Source of the DNA: an uncultured Verrucomicrobiae bacterium
Lineage (GTDB): Bacteria; Verrucomicrobiota; Verrucomicrobiia; Chthoniobacterales; JAATET01
Assembly: GCA_963719495.1 (NCBI GenBank)
Contig: CAVRCI010000004.1
Coordinates: 160,001-224,000 of the forward strand
DNA length: 64,000 bases
Direction of reading: 5' to 3'
The notes under the pieces: generated by a model
Seen by the model: the letters and a program-made list of their open reading frames with translations, nothing else
What the model was told of the DNA's origin: nothing
Database searches by the model: none
Translations under genes and position numbers: made by a program
In this document: positions 50,049 through 59,280 of the stretch, one piece after another
How the letters are laid out: each line of letters begins with the position of its first letter
Position numbering within the stretch: the stretch's first letter is position 1

Positions 50049-50549
50049 ATGGCCAGCGTCAACAAAGTTATTCTCATCGGCAACCTCACGCGCGATCCCG
50101 AGGTGAAATACACTCCCAAGGGTATGGCGGTGGCCGAAGTCGCGATCGCAGTGAACCGAAGTTACACGGTTGACGGCGACAAGCGCGAGGAGGTGACTTA
50201 TGTCGACTGCGAGCTTTGGGGCAAGACGGCTGAATTGGCGGGTCAGTATCTGTCGAAGGGCCGCCCGGTCTACTTCGAAGGGCGTCTCAAAATGGACACC
50301 TGGGACGATAAGACGACCGGAGCGAAGCGCAGCAAAATGCGCGTGGTCGTCGAGACGATGCAGTTTCTCGGGAGTCGGAACGACGGTGGCGGGGGATCCG
50401 GGGGTGGTGGAGGCGGTGGCGGTGGCGGTGGCGGTGGCGGGGGCCGCAGTTACGACGACGGTCCGGCGGCGGCGCCGCCGCGTCAGCAGGCCGCGCGGCC
50501 CGCGCCCAGCCGACCCGAGCCGGAAGAAGAGGACGAGATCCCGTTTTGA
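50049..50549 (+). CDS. ssb: single-stranded DNA-binding protein
   Basis: NKVILIGNLTRDPE; Gly-rich linker; C-terminal DEIPF. Confidence 0.97.
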   Translation: MASVNKVILIGNLTRDPEVKYTPKGMAVAEVAIAVNRSYTVDGDKREEVTYVDCELWGKTAELAGQYLSKGRPVYFEGRLKMDTWDDKTTGAKRSKMRVVVETMQFLGSRNDGGGGSGGGGGGGGGGGGGGGRSYDDGPAAAPPRQQAARPAPSRPEPEEEDEIPF

Positions 50550-50746
50550 TTTGGTGGGAGTGCGGGGGGATTAGCGGGGAAGGGAAGCGGGGAGGAAACG
50601 TGGAGCGGGGACATCCTGTCCGCTTATCTGACTTCGTGAGGGCGGGACGCCCTCACCCCCGTTTGTTAGCCGCGGCGGGAAGAAGTGTCCGCCTTCCGGC
50701 GGATTCGGTTGGTGATTGGCTGGAAGCCAATTCCACTCGTTGATTC

Positions 50747-51730
50747 CTAATTGATTGGTAGTGGGATCGGGACGGCTCGGCGGATGATGGCGTCGCCGGT
50801 GGTGAGCTGGATGGCGTAGAAGATGAGGAGGGGGAGGAGGATGGCTCCGAGGTCGAGGTCGGTGCCGAGGAAAATGGCGTTGGCGAGGGGGATGCCGGCG
50901 GCGAGGGTTTTCTGGGTTGCGCAGACGAAGGCGCTGACGGTGTCGTCGGGGGCGAAACCCTGGCGGCGGACGGCGATGGCGGCGGCGACGATCTGGACGG
51001 CGAAGAGGGCGAGGCAAAGCACAGCGACGGTGGCGAAAGTGGTCAGCCCGAGCCGACCCCAGAGGCCTTCGCGGACGCTGTTGGCGAAGGCGACGTAGAT
51101 GACGATCAGGATGAGGACGCTGTTGAAGTTGTTGAGTTTGTTTTTGTGGCGGGCGATGCCGTCGCGGATCGGGTTGCGGAGGAGTTGGCCGAGGAGGATG
51201 GGGGGGAGAACGGCGGAGGCGGTGTTGACGAGGGCGGTGCCAACGTCGATCCCGGGGCCGGAGCTGGATGGCGCGAGCAGACCGACGATGAGGGGTGTGA
51301 GCACGACGCCGGAGAGATTGGCGACGGTGGCGTTGAAGATGGCGGGTGCGAGGCTGCCGCCGGCGCGGAGTGAATAGACGATGGAGGTCGAGATCGTACA
51401 GGGGAGCGCGCCGAGGAGGATGAAGCCGCTGATGAGCGACGGGGTCAGGAATCCTCGGGTGGGAAGGAGGATGCCAAAGACGAGGATCGGGGTGACGACG
51501 AAGAGGAAGAGGTGAACGAAGAGGTGGACGCGCCACTTGGCGAAGCCGCCGAGGATGGTCTCGGTCGGAAGGAGGAGGCCGTTGATGAAGAAGATGACGA
51601 AGACGGCGGCGGTGGTCGCAGACTTCGGGTGGAACGGTCCGGTCGGGTCGCTGGGCGAGGGGAAGGCGGCGGCGAGCGCGATCGCGGTGAGGATGCCGAG
51701 GACAAACCAATTGGAGCGGAGGAAGGTCAT
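50747..51730 (-). CDS. bile acid:sodium symporter (SBF-like) family transporter
   Basis: IFFINGL.L, LPCTISTS, AIFNATVANLSGV.LTP, ATQKTLAAGIP. Confidence 0.88.
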   Translation of the reverse strand: MTFLRSNWFVLGILTAIALAAAFPSPSDPTGPFHPKSATTAAVFVIFFINGLLLPTETILGGFAKWRVHLFVHLFLFVVTPILVFGILLPTRGFLTPSLISGFILLGALPCTISTSIVYSLRAGGSLAPAIFNATVANLSGVVLTPLIVGLLAPSSSGPGIDVGTALVNTASAVLPPILLGQLLRNPIRDGIARHKNKLNNFNSVLILIVIYVAFANSVREGLWGRLGLTTFATVAVLCLALFAVQIVAAAIAVRRQGFAPDDTVSAFVCATQKTLAAGIPLANAIFLGTDLDLGAILLPLLIFYAIQLTTGDAIIRRAVPIPLPIN

Positions 51731-51751
51731 GGCAGAATATGATGATGGGAT

Positions 51752-51830
51752 TTCTCACGCGAAGCCGCGAAGGCGCGAAGGATTCCGTATTCAAGAGATC
51801 CCTTCGCGGCTTCGCGGCTTCGCGTGAGAA
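51752..51830. repeat. inverted octamer-array hairpin (CGCGAAGS)3
   Basis: 30-bp arms with 29/30 identity and a 19-nt spacer. Confidence 0.9.
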
Positions 51831-52071
51831 GATGGATTTTTCTCGATGCTGATGTCACGAGCGGTGTGGACTCACGGCTTTTCCAGGCTCCGCTTCAGTC
51901 ATTCCGAATTCTTGGCGTTCCTGGCGTTCCTGGCGCGAGAAGAATCATTGCGCGGGGGCGTTGCGGAGTGCGGGTGGCGATGGTAATTTTTGCCTTGGTC
52001 AGTGCGGATTCGCCGCGTTTTCTATCCGGCCCGGCACCTGGCCGGTTTTCCATTCGTAAAGTCCATCGCTC

Positions 52072-55000
52072 ATGAATCACGCCCTTCCCAATTCCGACCT
52101 CGTCCGCCGCTCGCTCTACTCGGCGGAAAACGAACACGACGCCTGTGGCGTTGGAATGATCGCCCAGGTCGGCGGGGAACGGTCGAACCGGATTCTCAAG
52201 ATCGGCCTGCGGTCGATCTGCAGTCTGATGCACCGCGGGGCGCTCGATGCCGACGCGAAGACGGGTGACGGAGCGGGCGTGGTGACGCAGATCCCCTACA
52301 AGATCTTTGCGCCGGAAGTCGCGCGGATGGGCCACAAGCTTTTCAAGGACTCCGACCTGGGCGTCGGCGTGCTTTTCCTGCCGCACGATAACGCCTACGC
52401 GCAGGCGCGGGCTAAGGCGATCACCCAGGAGGTGATCGAGCGGCGCGGGATGTTTTTTTTTGGTTGGCGCGACGTGCCGATCAATTTGCGCGTCCTCGGG
52501 GACAAGGCGCAGATGACGATGCCGCGGATTGAGCACGCGCTCATTGGCAAGCCGTGGGAGATGGCGGACGAGGATTACGAGAAGCGGCTGTTCCTGGCTC
52601 GGAACGAAATCGAGGACGGGGCGGCGGCGGCGGGGATTCAGAATTTCTACATCCCGTCGTTCTCGCACCGGACGATCGTTTACAAGGGACTGCTCGTCTC
52701 CTCGTCGCTCGAGAAATTCTACCCCGATCTGGCGAACGCCGATTACGAGACGGCGCTGGTGGTTTATCATCAGCGTTACAGCACGAACACGTTCCCGACG
52801 TGGCCGCTCGCGCAGCCGTTCCGAATGATGGCGCACAACGGCGAGATCAACACCGTGCGGGGGAACCGAAACTGGACGCACGCCCGCGAGGCGGAGTTGC
52901 AGGCGGATTTCTGGGGCGAGGACATCGATCTGCTCAAGCCGATCATTCAGCCCGGCGGCTCGGATTCCGCGAGCCTCGACAACGTCGCCGAGGTGGTGGC
53001 GATGTCGGGTCGCAGTCCGCTGCACACGATGACGATGCTCGTGCCGCCGGCTTGGCGGACGGACCGGAAGATGCCGGACGACCTGCGGGCGTTTTACGAG
53101 TATCACCGCTGCATCTGCGAGCCGTGGGACGGGCCGGCGGCGCTCGTGTTCACCGACGGAACGACGGTGGGGGCCTGCCTCGATCGGAATGGTTTGCGGC
53201 CCGCGCGCTACAAATTGACCAAGGACGGAATCTTCACGCTCGGCTCCGAAGTTGGCGTCGACGGCTTGGCGGCGGTGGACGTGATCGAGAAAGGACGGCT
53301 CGCGCCCGGCGAAATGATCGCCATCGACACGGGTGAGGGGAAATTGCTCCACGACTCCGAGATCAAGGCAAAGCTCGCGGCGGGTCAGCCGTATGCGAGT
53401 TGGCTGGCGGAGAACCTCGTTCGCGTGCCGAAGGCGGTGGCCGACGAGATCAAGCCCGCGACCGACGAGGTCGACGTGATGACGCTCACGCAGCGGCAGG
53501 TTGCGTTTGGGTATTCCAGCGAAGAGGTCGACATGATTCTCAAGCCGATGCTCAAAACCGGAGCGGAAGCGGTCGGTTCGATGGGCGACGACACGCCGCT
53601 GGCGGTGCTTTCGTTGCGACCGCGGCTGATCTACACGTATTTCCGGCAGTTGTTCGCGCAGGTGACGAATCCGCCGATCGACCCGATTCGCGAGAAGCTC
53701 GTGATGTCGTTGCACACCGTTCTCGGCTGGCGGCGGAATCTTCTGAGCGAGACGCCCGAGCATTGCGAGCAGGTGATGATCGACACCCCGATCCTCCTCG
53801 ATTCGGAGTTGGAGAAATTGAAGTCCTTGCCCGCGCCGCATTCGTCGGCCACGGTCTCGACGCTATGGGCCGTTGCGGATGGACCGGGCGGATTGCGCAC
53901 GGCGGTCGAGCGGATTCGGAAAGACGCGGAAAAAGCGGTGGTCGATGGCGCCCGGATTTTGGTGCTGTCGGATCGGGGTGTCGACCACGAGCACGTGGCC
54001 GTGCCGGCGCTCATGGCGATGGGTGCGGTGCACCACCATCTGCGGAAGGTCGGCAAGCGGATGCGCGCGAGCGTGATCGTCGAGACGGGTGAGGCGCGAG
54101 ACGTGCATCAAGTTGCCTGCCTCGTCGGATACGGCGCGAGCTGCGTGAATCCCTACCTCGCTCTGGAGACCGTCCGTGAGCTGGTCGACGACGGGAAGGT
54201 CGAAGGCGACTACGCCGCTTGCGCGATGAACTATCGGACGGCGCTCGAAAACGGCTTGCTCAAGATCATGTCGAAAATGGGCATTTCCATCGTGAGCAGC
54301 TACCGCGGTGCGCAGGTCTTCGAGGCGATCGGGATCGGGGATGCTCTGATCGCCGAGTGTTTCAAAGGGACCTCTTCGCAGGTGGCGGGAGTTGGGTTCG
54401 ACGAAATCGCGCGGGAATCGCTCGTGCGCCACGAGATGGCCTACGGGAACGCCGTGCCGCTCGAAGCGGGCAAGCTCGATGATCCCGGTTACTACCGGTT
54501 CCGCCGTGGCGGCGAGACGCACGCCTACACTCCGCCGGTGATCCAGAATTTCCACACCTACGTCGGCATCAAGGGCCAGGACAAGGCCGGGAAGCTCGAG
54601 GATTACGAAAAATACGTCGCCGCGTTGGTGGCGTCGCGACCGAGTGCGTTCCGGAATTTGCTCGAAATGCTGCCGCTGCCTTCGGGGCCGGTCCCGCTCG
54701 ACGAGGTCGAGCCCATCGAGGAAATTCGTCGCCGCTTCACGACGGCCGGGATGTCGCTCGGAGCATTGAGCCCCGAGGCGCACGAGACGCTGGCGATTGC
54801 GATGAATCGCATCGGCGGCAAGTCGAACAGCGGCGAGGGCGGTGAAGATCCGGCCCGCTTCAAGCGGCGGGAGAACGGCGACTGGGCCAACAGCGCGATC
54901 AAGCAGGTGGCCTCGGGTCGTTTCGGCGTGTCGGCCGCTTACCTGGCCACCGCGAAGGAGATCGAGATCAAGATGGCGCAGGGCGCGAAGCCGGGTGAGG

Positions 55001-56661
55001 GCGGGCAGCTGCCGGGTCACAAGGTGACGGCCTACATCGCGAAGCTGCGGCATTCCGTCGAAGGCGTGACGCTCATTTCGCCGCCGCCGCACCACGACAT
55101 CTACTCGATCGAGGATCTGGCGCAGTTGATCTACGATCTCAAGCAGGTGAATCCGCGGGCGAGGATCTGCGTGAAATTGGTCGCCGAAGCCGGCGTCGGC
55201 ACGATCGCGGCGGGCGTCGCGAAGGCGCACGCCGACATCATTCTGGTGAGCGGTCACGACGGCGGCACGGGCGCGTCGCCGCTGAGTTCGATCAAGAACG
55301 CGGGCGGCCCGTGGGAGCTGGGCGTCGCCGAGACGCACCAGGTCCTCATGCTCAACGGACTGCGCAACCGCGTCACGCTGCGCACTGACGGCGGCATGAA
55401 GAGCGGCGAGGACATCATTTACGCGACGCTGCTCGGCGCGGAGGAATACAACTTCGGCACGGCGGCGATGATCGCGATGGGCTGCGTTTACGTGCGCAAG
55501 TGCCACCTCAACACCTGCCCGGTCGGCGTTGCGACGCTCAATCCGGATCTGCGCGCAAAATTCAAGGGCAAGCCAGAGAACGTCGTCCAATTTTTCAACG
55601 GCGTGGCCGAGGAAGTGCGCACGCTCATGGCTGGGCTGGGCTTCCGGACCATCGACGAAATGATCGGGCGGGTCGAGTGCCTGCGTCAGCGTCACGTCGA
55701 GGATCATCCCAAGGCGAACACGCTCGATCTATCCCGTTTGATCACGGACGTGTCCGGCGGCGATCCCGGCGCGGTGCGCCACGCGACGCGTGACCGGAAC
55801 GACGGGCCGGAGGATCGGACGCTCGACCAGATCGTGCTCCAGGATGCGCGCGATGCGATCAACGACGGCCTGCCCGTCAAGTTGACTTACAAGGTGCGGA
55901 ACACGAACCGCTCCATCGGCACGCAGCTCTCGGGCGAGATCGGCTACCAATACGGAGCCGAGGGGCTGCCGGAGGGAACGATCGAATTGAATCTGAGCGG
56001 GAGCGCCGGGCAGAGCTTCGGCGCGTTCCTGGCGCCGGGCGTGCGTTTGATCCTGACGGGGGAGGCGAACGATTACGTCGGCAAACTCATGAGCGGCGGC
56101 GAGATCATCATCAAACCTTGGGCGGGCGCGGGCTTCGTCGCGGCGGAGAACAGCATCATCGGAAACACGGTGATGTATGGCGCTTCGGCGGGAGTGCTCT
56201 TCGCCAACGGTCGGGCGGGCGAGCGGTTCGCCGTCCGGAACAGCGGTGGAACGGCGGTCGTCGAAGGACTCGGCGACCACGGTTGCGAATACATGACGAA
56301 TGGCACGATCGTCGTGCTCGGCGGGACCGGGAAAAACTTCGGTGCCGGTATGACGGGCGGTCAGGCTTACGTCCTGGACGCGAGCGAGGACTTTCCGGAG
56401 AACCTCAACCATCAGTTGGTCGAGGCGAAGCGTTTGGCGGATCCCGAGGATGTGGTGGCGCTCAAGGAGCTCGTTTACAAACATCTGGAGCGGACCGAGA
56501 GCGCGATCGCGAAGGAGGTGCTCGACGATTGGGATACGTTCCAAGGGCGGTTCTGGAAGGTTTCGCCGAAGGTGCCGGACGCGCCGAAGATCGAGGTGCC
56601 GAAGGATCCGAAGGCCGAGGAAAAGGTGACGATCTCGGAGACGATCGCGGCGGCGCGGTGA
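52072..56661 (+). CDS. gltB: glutamate synthase large subunit
   Basis: EHDACGVG, HQRYSTNTFP, AHNGEIN, WDGPA, QVTNPPID, SNSGEGGE, QGAKPGEGGQLPG, CHLNTCPVG. Confidence 0.98.
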   Translation: MNHALPNSDLVRRSLYSAENEHDACGVGMIAQVGGERSNRILKIGLRSICSLMHRGALDADAKTGDGAGVVTQIPYKIFAPEVARMGHKLFKDSDLGVGVLFLPHDNAYAQARAKAITQEVIERRGMFFFGWRDVPINLRVLGDKAQMTMPRIEHALIGKPWEMADEDYEKRLFLARNEIEDGAAAAGIQNFYIPSFSHRTIVYKGLLVSSSLEKFYPDLANADYETALVVYHQRYSTNTFPTWPLAQPFRMMAHNGEINTVRGNRNWTHAREAELQADFWGEDIDLLKPIIQPGGSDSASLDNVAEVVAMSGRSPLHTMTMLVPPAWRTDRKMPDDLRAFYEYHRCICEPWDGPAALVFTDGTTVGACLDRNGLRPARYKLTKDGIFTLGSEVGVDGLAAVDVIEKGRLAPGEMIAIDTGEGKLLHDSEIKAKLAAGQPYASWLAENLVRVPKAVADEIKPATDEVDVMTLTQRQVAFGYSSEEVDMILKPMLKTGAEAVGSMGDDTPLAVLSLRPRLIYTYFRQLFAQVTNPPIDPIREKLVMSLHTVLGWRRNLLSETPEHCEQVMIDTPILLDSELEKLKSLPAPHSSATVSTLWAVADGPGGLRTAVERIRKDAEKAVVDGARILVLSDRGVDHEHVAVPALMAMGAVHHHLRKVGKRMRASVIVETGEARDVHQVACLVGYGASCVNPYLALETVRELVDDGKVEGDYAACAMNYRTALENGLLKIMSKMGISIVSSYRGAQVFEAIGIGDALIAECFKGTSSQVAGVGFDEIARESLVRHEMAYGNAVPLEAGKLDDPGYYRFRRGGETHAYTPPVIQNFHTYVGIKGQDKAGKLEDYEKYVAALVASRPSAFRNLLEMLPLPSGPVPLDEVEPIEEIRRRFTTAGMSLGALSPEAHETLAIAMNRIGGKSNSGEGGEDPARFKRRENGDWANSAIKQVASGRFGVSAAYLATAKEIEIKMAQGAKPGEGGQLPGHKVTAYIAKLRHSVEGVTLISPPPHHDIYSIEDLAQLIYDLKQVNPRARICVKLVAEAGVGTIAAGVAKAHADIILVSGHDGGTGASPLSSIKNAGGPWELGVAETHQVLMLNGLRNRVTLRTDGGMKSGEDIIYATLLGAEEYNFGTAAMIAMGCVYVRKCHLNTCPVGVATLNPDLRAKFKGKPENVVQFFNGVAEEVRTLMAGLGFRTIDEMIGRVECLRQRHVEDHPKANTLDLSRLITDVSGGDPGAVRHATRDRNDGPEDRTLDQIVLQDARDAINDGLPVKLTYKVRNTNRSIGTQLSGEIGYQYGAEGLPEGTIELNLSGSAGQSFGAFLAPGVRLILTGEANDYVGKLMSGGEIIIKPWAGAGFVAAENSIIGNTVMYGASAGVLFANGRAGERFAVRNSGGTAVVEGLGDHGCEYMTNGTIVVLGGTGKNFGAGMTGGQAYVLDASEDFPENLNHQLVEAKRLADPEDVVALKELVYKHLERTESAIAKEVLDDWDTFQGRFWKVSPKVPDAPKIEVPKDPKAEEKVTISETIAAAR

Positions 56662-56721
56662 GGGTTTGACGCTTCGCGTTCGGGTTGGTGCGGCGACTGG
56701 AAATCGCAGTTCCTTGACGTG

Positions 56722-56799
56722 CGGCTCTCTCGCTTCGCTCGATTTGCCGGGTGATGCGGCGGGACGCCGCATCTCGCACGCGGGACGCGTGCGCTCCCC
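56722..56799. repeat. REP-like double-hairpin element, copy 4
   Basis: Near-identical to 26400-26478. Confidence 0.85.
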
Positions 56800-56850
56800 G
56801 ATCTTGCGGATTGGCAACCTTTCCGGGCTTTGGTTTCGTTGTTTGGTGTG

Positions 56851-57579
56851 GTGAGGAATGTTGTTGAAACGAGCGCGCGGCCCCGGGGGGCGGCGGTGAT
56901 GCATCAGCGGTGGCGGCGGCTCCTGTTTCTTCACTGGGAGGTGGACGCGGAGGCGGTGCGGGCTTCGTTGCCACACGGGCTGGAGGTCGATCTCTTCGAC
57001 GGGAAGGCTTACGTGGGGATCGTGCCGTTTTTCATGCGGGACGTGCGGCCGCGGTTTTGTCCGCCGGTATATTGGCTTTCGGACTTCCTCGAGTTGAACG
57101 TGCGGACTTACGTTCGGGACCGGGAGGGGCGGCCGGGGGTGTGGTTTTATTCGCTGGATTGCACGCAGCCGGTGGCGGTGTGGGCGGCGCGGACGTTTTT
57201 CAAGCTGCCGTATTTCCGCGCTCGGATGCGGGCGCAGGTGGGGCCGGAGAGTGCGTTCGTTTATTACGATTGCAAGCGGCGGGGGGAGAAAGCGACGTCG
57301 CACTACGAGTATCGGGCGAGTGGGGAGGCGGTGCGGGCGACGGCGGGCTCGTTGGACGAGTTTCTGGTGGAACGGTATCGGCTGTTCGCCTACCGGGGCC
57401 GGCGGTTGTATTCGGGGCGGGTGTGGCACCATCCCTACGAGATCGCCCGGGCGGATGTGTTGCAGTGGAGCGCGCTGCCGCTGGAGCAGGCGGGATTCGA
57501 TTCCGGGATGATGCCGCCGGATCACGCGGTGGTGTCGGCGGGCGTGGACGTCGAAGTTTTTCCTCTCAGGAAAAATTAG
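56851..57579 (+). CDS. YqjF/DUF2071 family protein
   Basis: MHQRWRRLLFLHW, FLELNVRTYV, PGVWFYSLD, FLVERY. Start uncertain. Confidence 0.88.
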   Translation: MRNVVETSARPRGAAVMHQRWRRLLFLHWEVDAEAVRASLPHGLEVDLFDGKAYVGIVPFFMRDVRPRFCPPVYWLSDFLELNVRTYVRDREGRPGVWFYSLDCTQPVAVWAARTFFKLPYFRARMRAQVGPESAFVYYDCKRRGEKATSHYEYRASGEAVRATAGSLDEFLVERYRLFAYRGRRLYSGRVWHHPYEIARADVLQWSALPLEQAGFDSGMMPPDHAVVSAGVDVEVFPLRKN

Positions 57580-57696
57580 AAATTTGGAATGAGAAATTAG
57601 AAATGGAGTGCGGCCCGTGGGGCCGTTGTGATCGATTGGAGTTCGGCCTTTGGCCGGTGGCCATTTTTCATTCCGCATTTCCAATTTCCATTTTTC
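57573..57696. repeat. inverted heptamer arrays with a ~54-nt spacer
   Basis: AAATTAG AAATTTG GAATGAG AAATTAG AAATGGA ... CATTTTT CATTCCG CATTTCC AATTTCC. The left arm supplies the TAG stop of the YqjF gene. Confidence 0.8.
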
Positions 57697-57700
57697 CTTT

Positions 57701-59212
57701 TTGAAGACGCACTTGGTTTTTGCCGTGTTGACGGTGGCTTTGCTGGCATTCGTGATCAGCCGGACGGGCTCGGCTCCGCTCACGTTCGACGACGTGATCG
57801 CGCAGGCGCGGCGGCTGAGCTTGGAATCGTATGAGCGGAGGCCGGACGTGGCGTCCGAGGCGCTGCGAGCGGCGGATTACGACGCGGTGCGAAAAATCAA
57901 ATTCCGCGGCGAGCGAATGGTCTGGCGGGATCGGGGGTTGCCGTTTCAACTGGGATTCTTTCCGACGGCGGGATTGCACGCGCAACCGGTGACGGTTTTT
58001 TCGGCGAACCGCGAGGGGGCGAAGTGGCTGCGACCGGAGGGATCGGATTTCGAATTCATCGACAACGAGGTGCCGGTCGAAGATCAGGCGAAGGTCGATT
58101 ACGCGGGCGTGCGCGTGCTGTATCCGATCAATCAAGGGGACAAGCTGGACGAGGTGGTGACGTTTCTCGGTGCGAGCTACTTCCGGGCGATAGCGAAGGA
58201 TCAGGTCTGGGGCATCTCGGCGCGGGGGATCGCGGTCGATCCGGGGGGCGATGGCGCGGAGGAATTCCCGGATTTTACGACGTTCTGGTTCGCGGAGCCT
58301 TCGGCGGGGGCGGGAGATTTGCAATTTTACGCGCTGCTCGACGGACCGAGCCTCACGGGGGCGTATGAATTTCGCGTGCGACCGGGGGCGGAGACGAAGA
58401 TCGACGTGCGGGTCGTGCTCTTCGCCCGGGAGGAAATCGAGACTCTCGGGATCGCGCCGCTGACGAGCATGTATTGGTATGGAGAGAACACGAGCAACAC
58501 GTTTGGGAATTTCCGACCGGAGATTCACGATTCCGATGGTCTGCAGATCGAGGCGGCTGATGGCGAGTGGCTCTGGCGGCCGCTCGCGTGGTCGCAGCAG
58601 TCGCAATGGAACGTCTTCGAGCTCGACGAAACGCCGCGCGGCTTCGGGCTCTTTCAGCGCGATCGGGAGTTCGAGCACTACCAGGATCTCGAGGCGAATT
58701 ACCACAAGCGGCCGAGCGTCTGGGTTCAGCCGAACAGCGAGTGGGGTGCGGGCGAGGTGAAATTGCTTCAGCTGGCGACGGGCGACGAGTTCATGGATAA
58801 CATCGTGGCCTTCTGGGAATCGGCGACGCCGATGGGGGCTGGCGAGCGGCGGGAATACGAATACACGCTGGTCTTCTTCACGGAGAACGCGGGGTTGCCG
58901 CCGCTGGGGCGGAATTTGGCGACCCGGATCGATTACCAGGATCAGAAATATTATCGGCAAATGGTGCTGGATTTCGGCGGGGGTGAATTGGGCGGGCTCG
59001 AGGCGGACGCGGCGGTGAAGCCCGAGGTGTGGGTGAGCGACAACGGGCGGATGACCAACGTCTCGATTCAGAAAAACGAGAACGACGGGACGTGGCGCGT
59101 GGGGTTGGTCCCGGCGACGGCGCAGGAGGATCAGTCGGTCGAAATGCGCTGCACGCTGACGTTGGACGGGCGGCCGGTGAGTGAAACGTGGACTTACACG
59201 TGGGTGCCGTGA
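57701..59212 (+). CDS. opgG: periplasmic glucan biosynthesis protein G
   Basis: FLGASYFRA, GISARG, EEFPDF, GIAPLTSMY, FRPEIHDSDGL, DNIVAFW, SETWTYTW. Confidence 0.93.
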   Translation: MKTHLVFAVLTVALLAFVISRTGSAPLTFDDVIAQARRLSLESYERRPDVASEALRAADYDAVRKIKFRGERMVWRDRGLPFQLGFFPTAGLHAQPVTVFSANREGAKWLRPEGSDFEFIDNEVPVEDQAKVDYAGVRVLYPINQGDKLDEVVTFLGASYFRAIAKDQVWGISARGIAVDPGGDGAEEFPDFTTFWFAEPSAGAGDLQFYALLDGPSLTGAYEFRVRPGAETKIDVRVVLFAREEIETLGIAPLTSMYWYGENTSNTFGNFRPEIHDSDGLQIEAADGEWLWRPLAWSQQSQWNVFELDETPRGFGLFQRDREFEHYQDLEANYHKRPSVWVQPNSEWGAGEVKLLQLATGDEFMDNIVAFWESATPMGAGERREYEYTLVFFTENAGLPPLGRNLATRIDYQDQKYYRQMVLDFGGGELGGLEADAAVKPEVWVSDNGRMTNVSIQKNENDGTWRVGLVPATAQEDQSVEMRCTLTLDGRPVSETWTYTWVP

Positions 59213-59230
59213 GCGGCGGGGCGCGGGATT

Positions 59231-59270
59231 GGTGAATGGTGAATGGTGAATGGTGAATGGTGAATGGTGG
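59231..59270. repeat. heptamer tandem (GGTGAAT)5
   Basis: Five perfect units between opgG and the next gene. Confidence 0.9.
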
Positions 59271-59280
59271 AGATGCGGTG

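Noticed and set aside
50385..50445. (GGTGGC)n repeat in ssb
   Set aside because: Ordinary Gly-rich SSB linker.
50550..50746. Missing rpsR/rplI after rpsF-ssb
   Set aside because: Operon splitting is common and cannot be judged from one window. The gap holds only REP-like hairpins.
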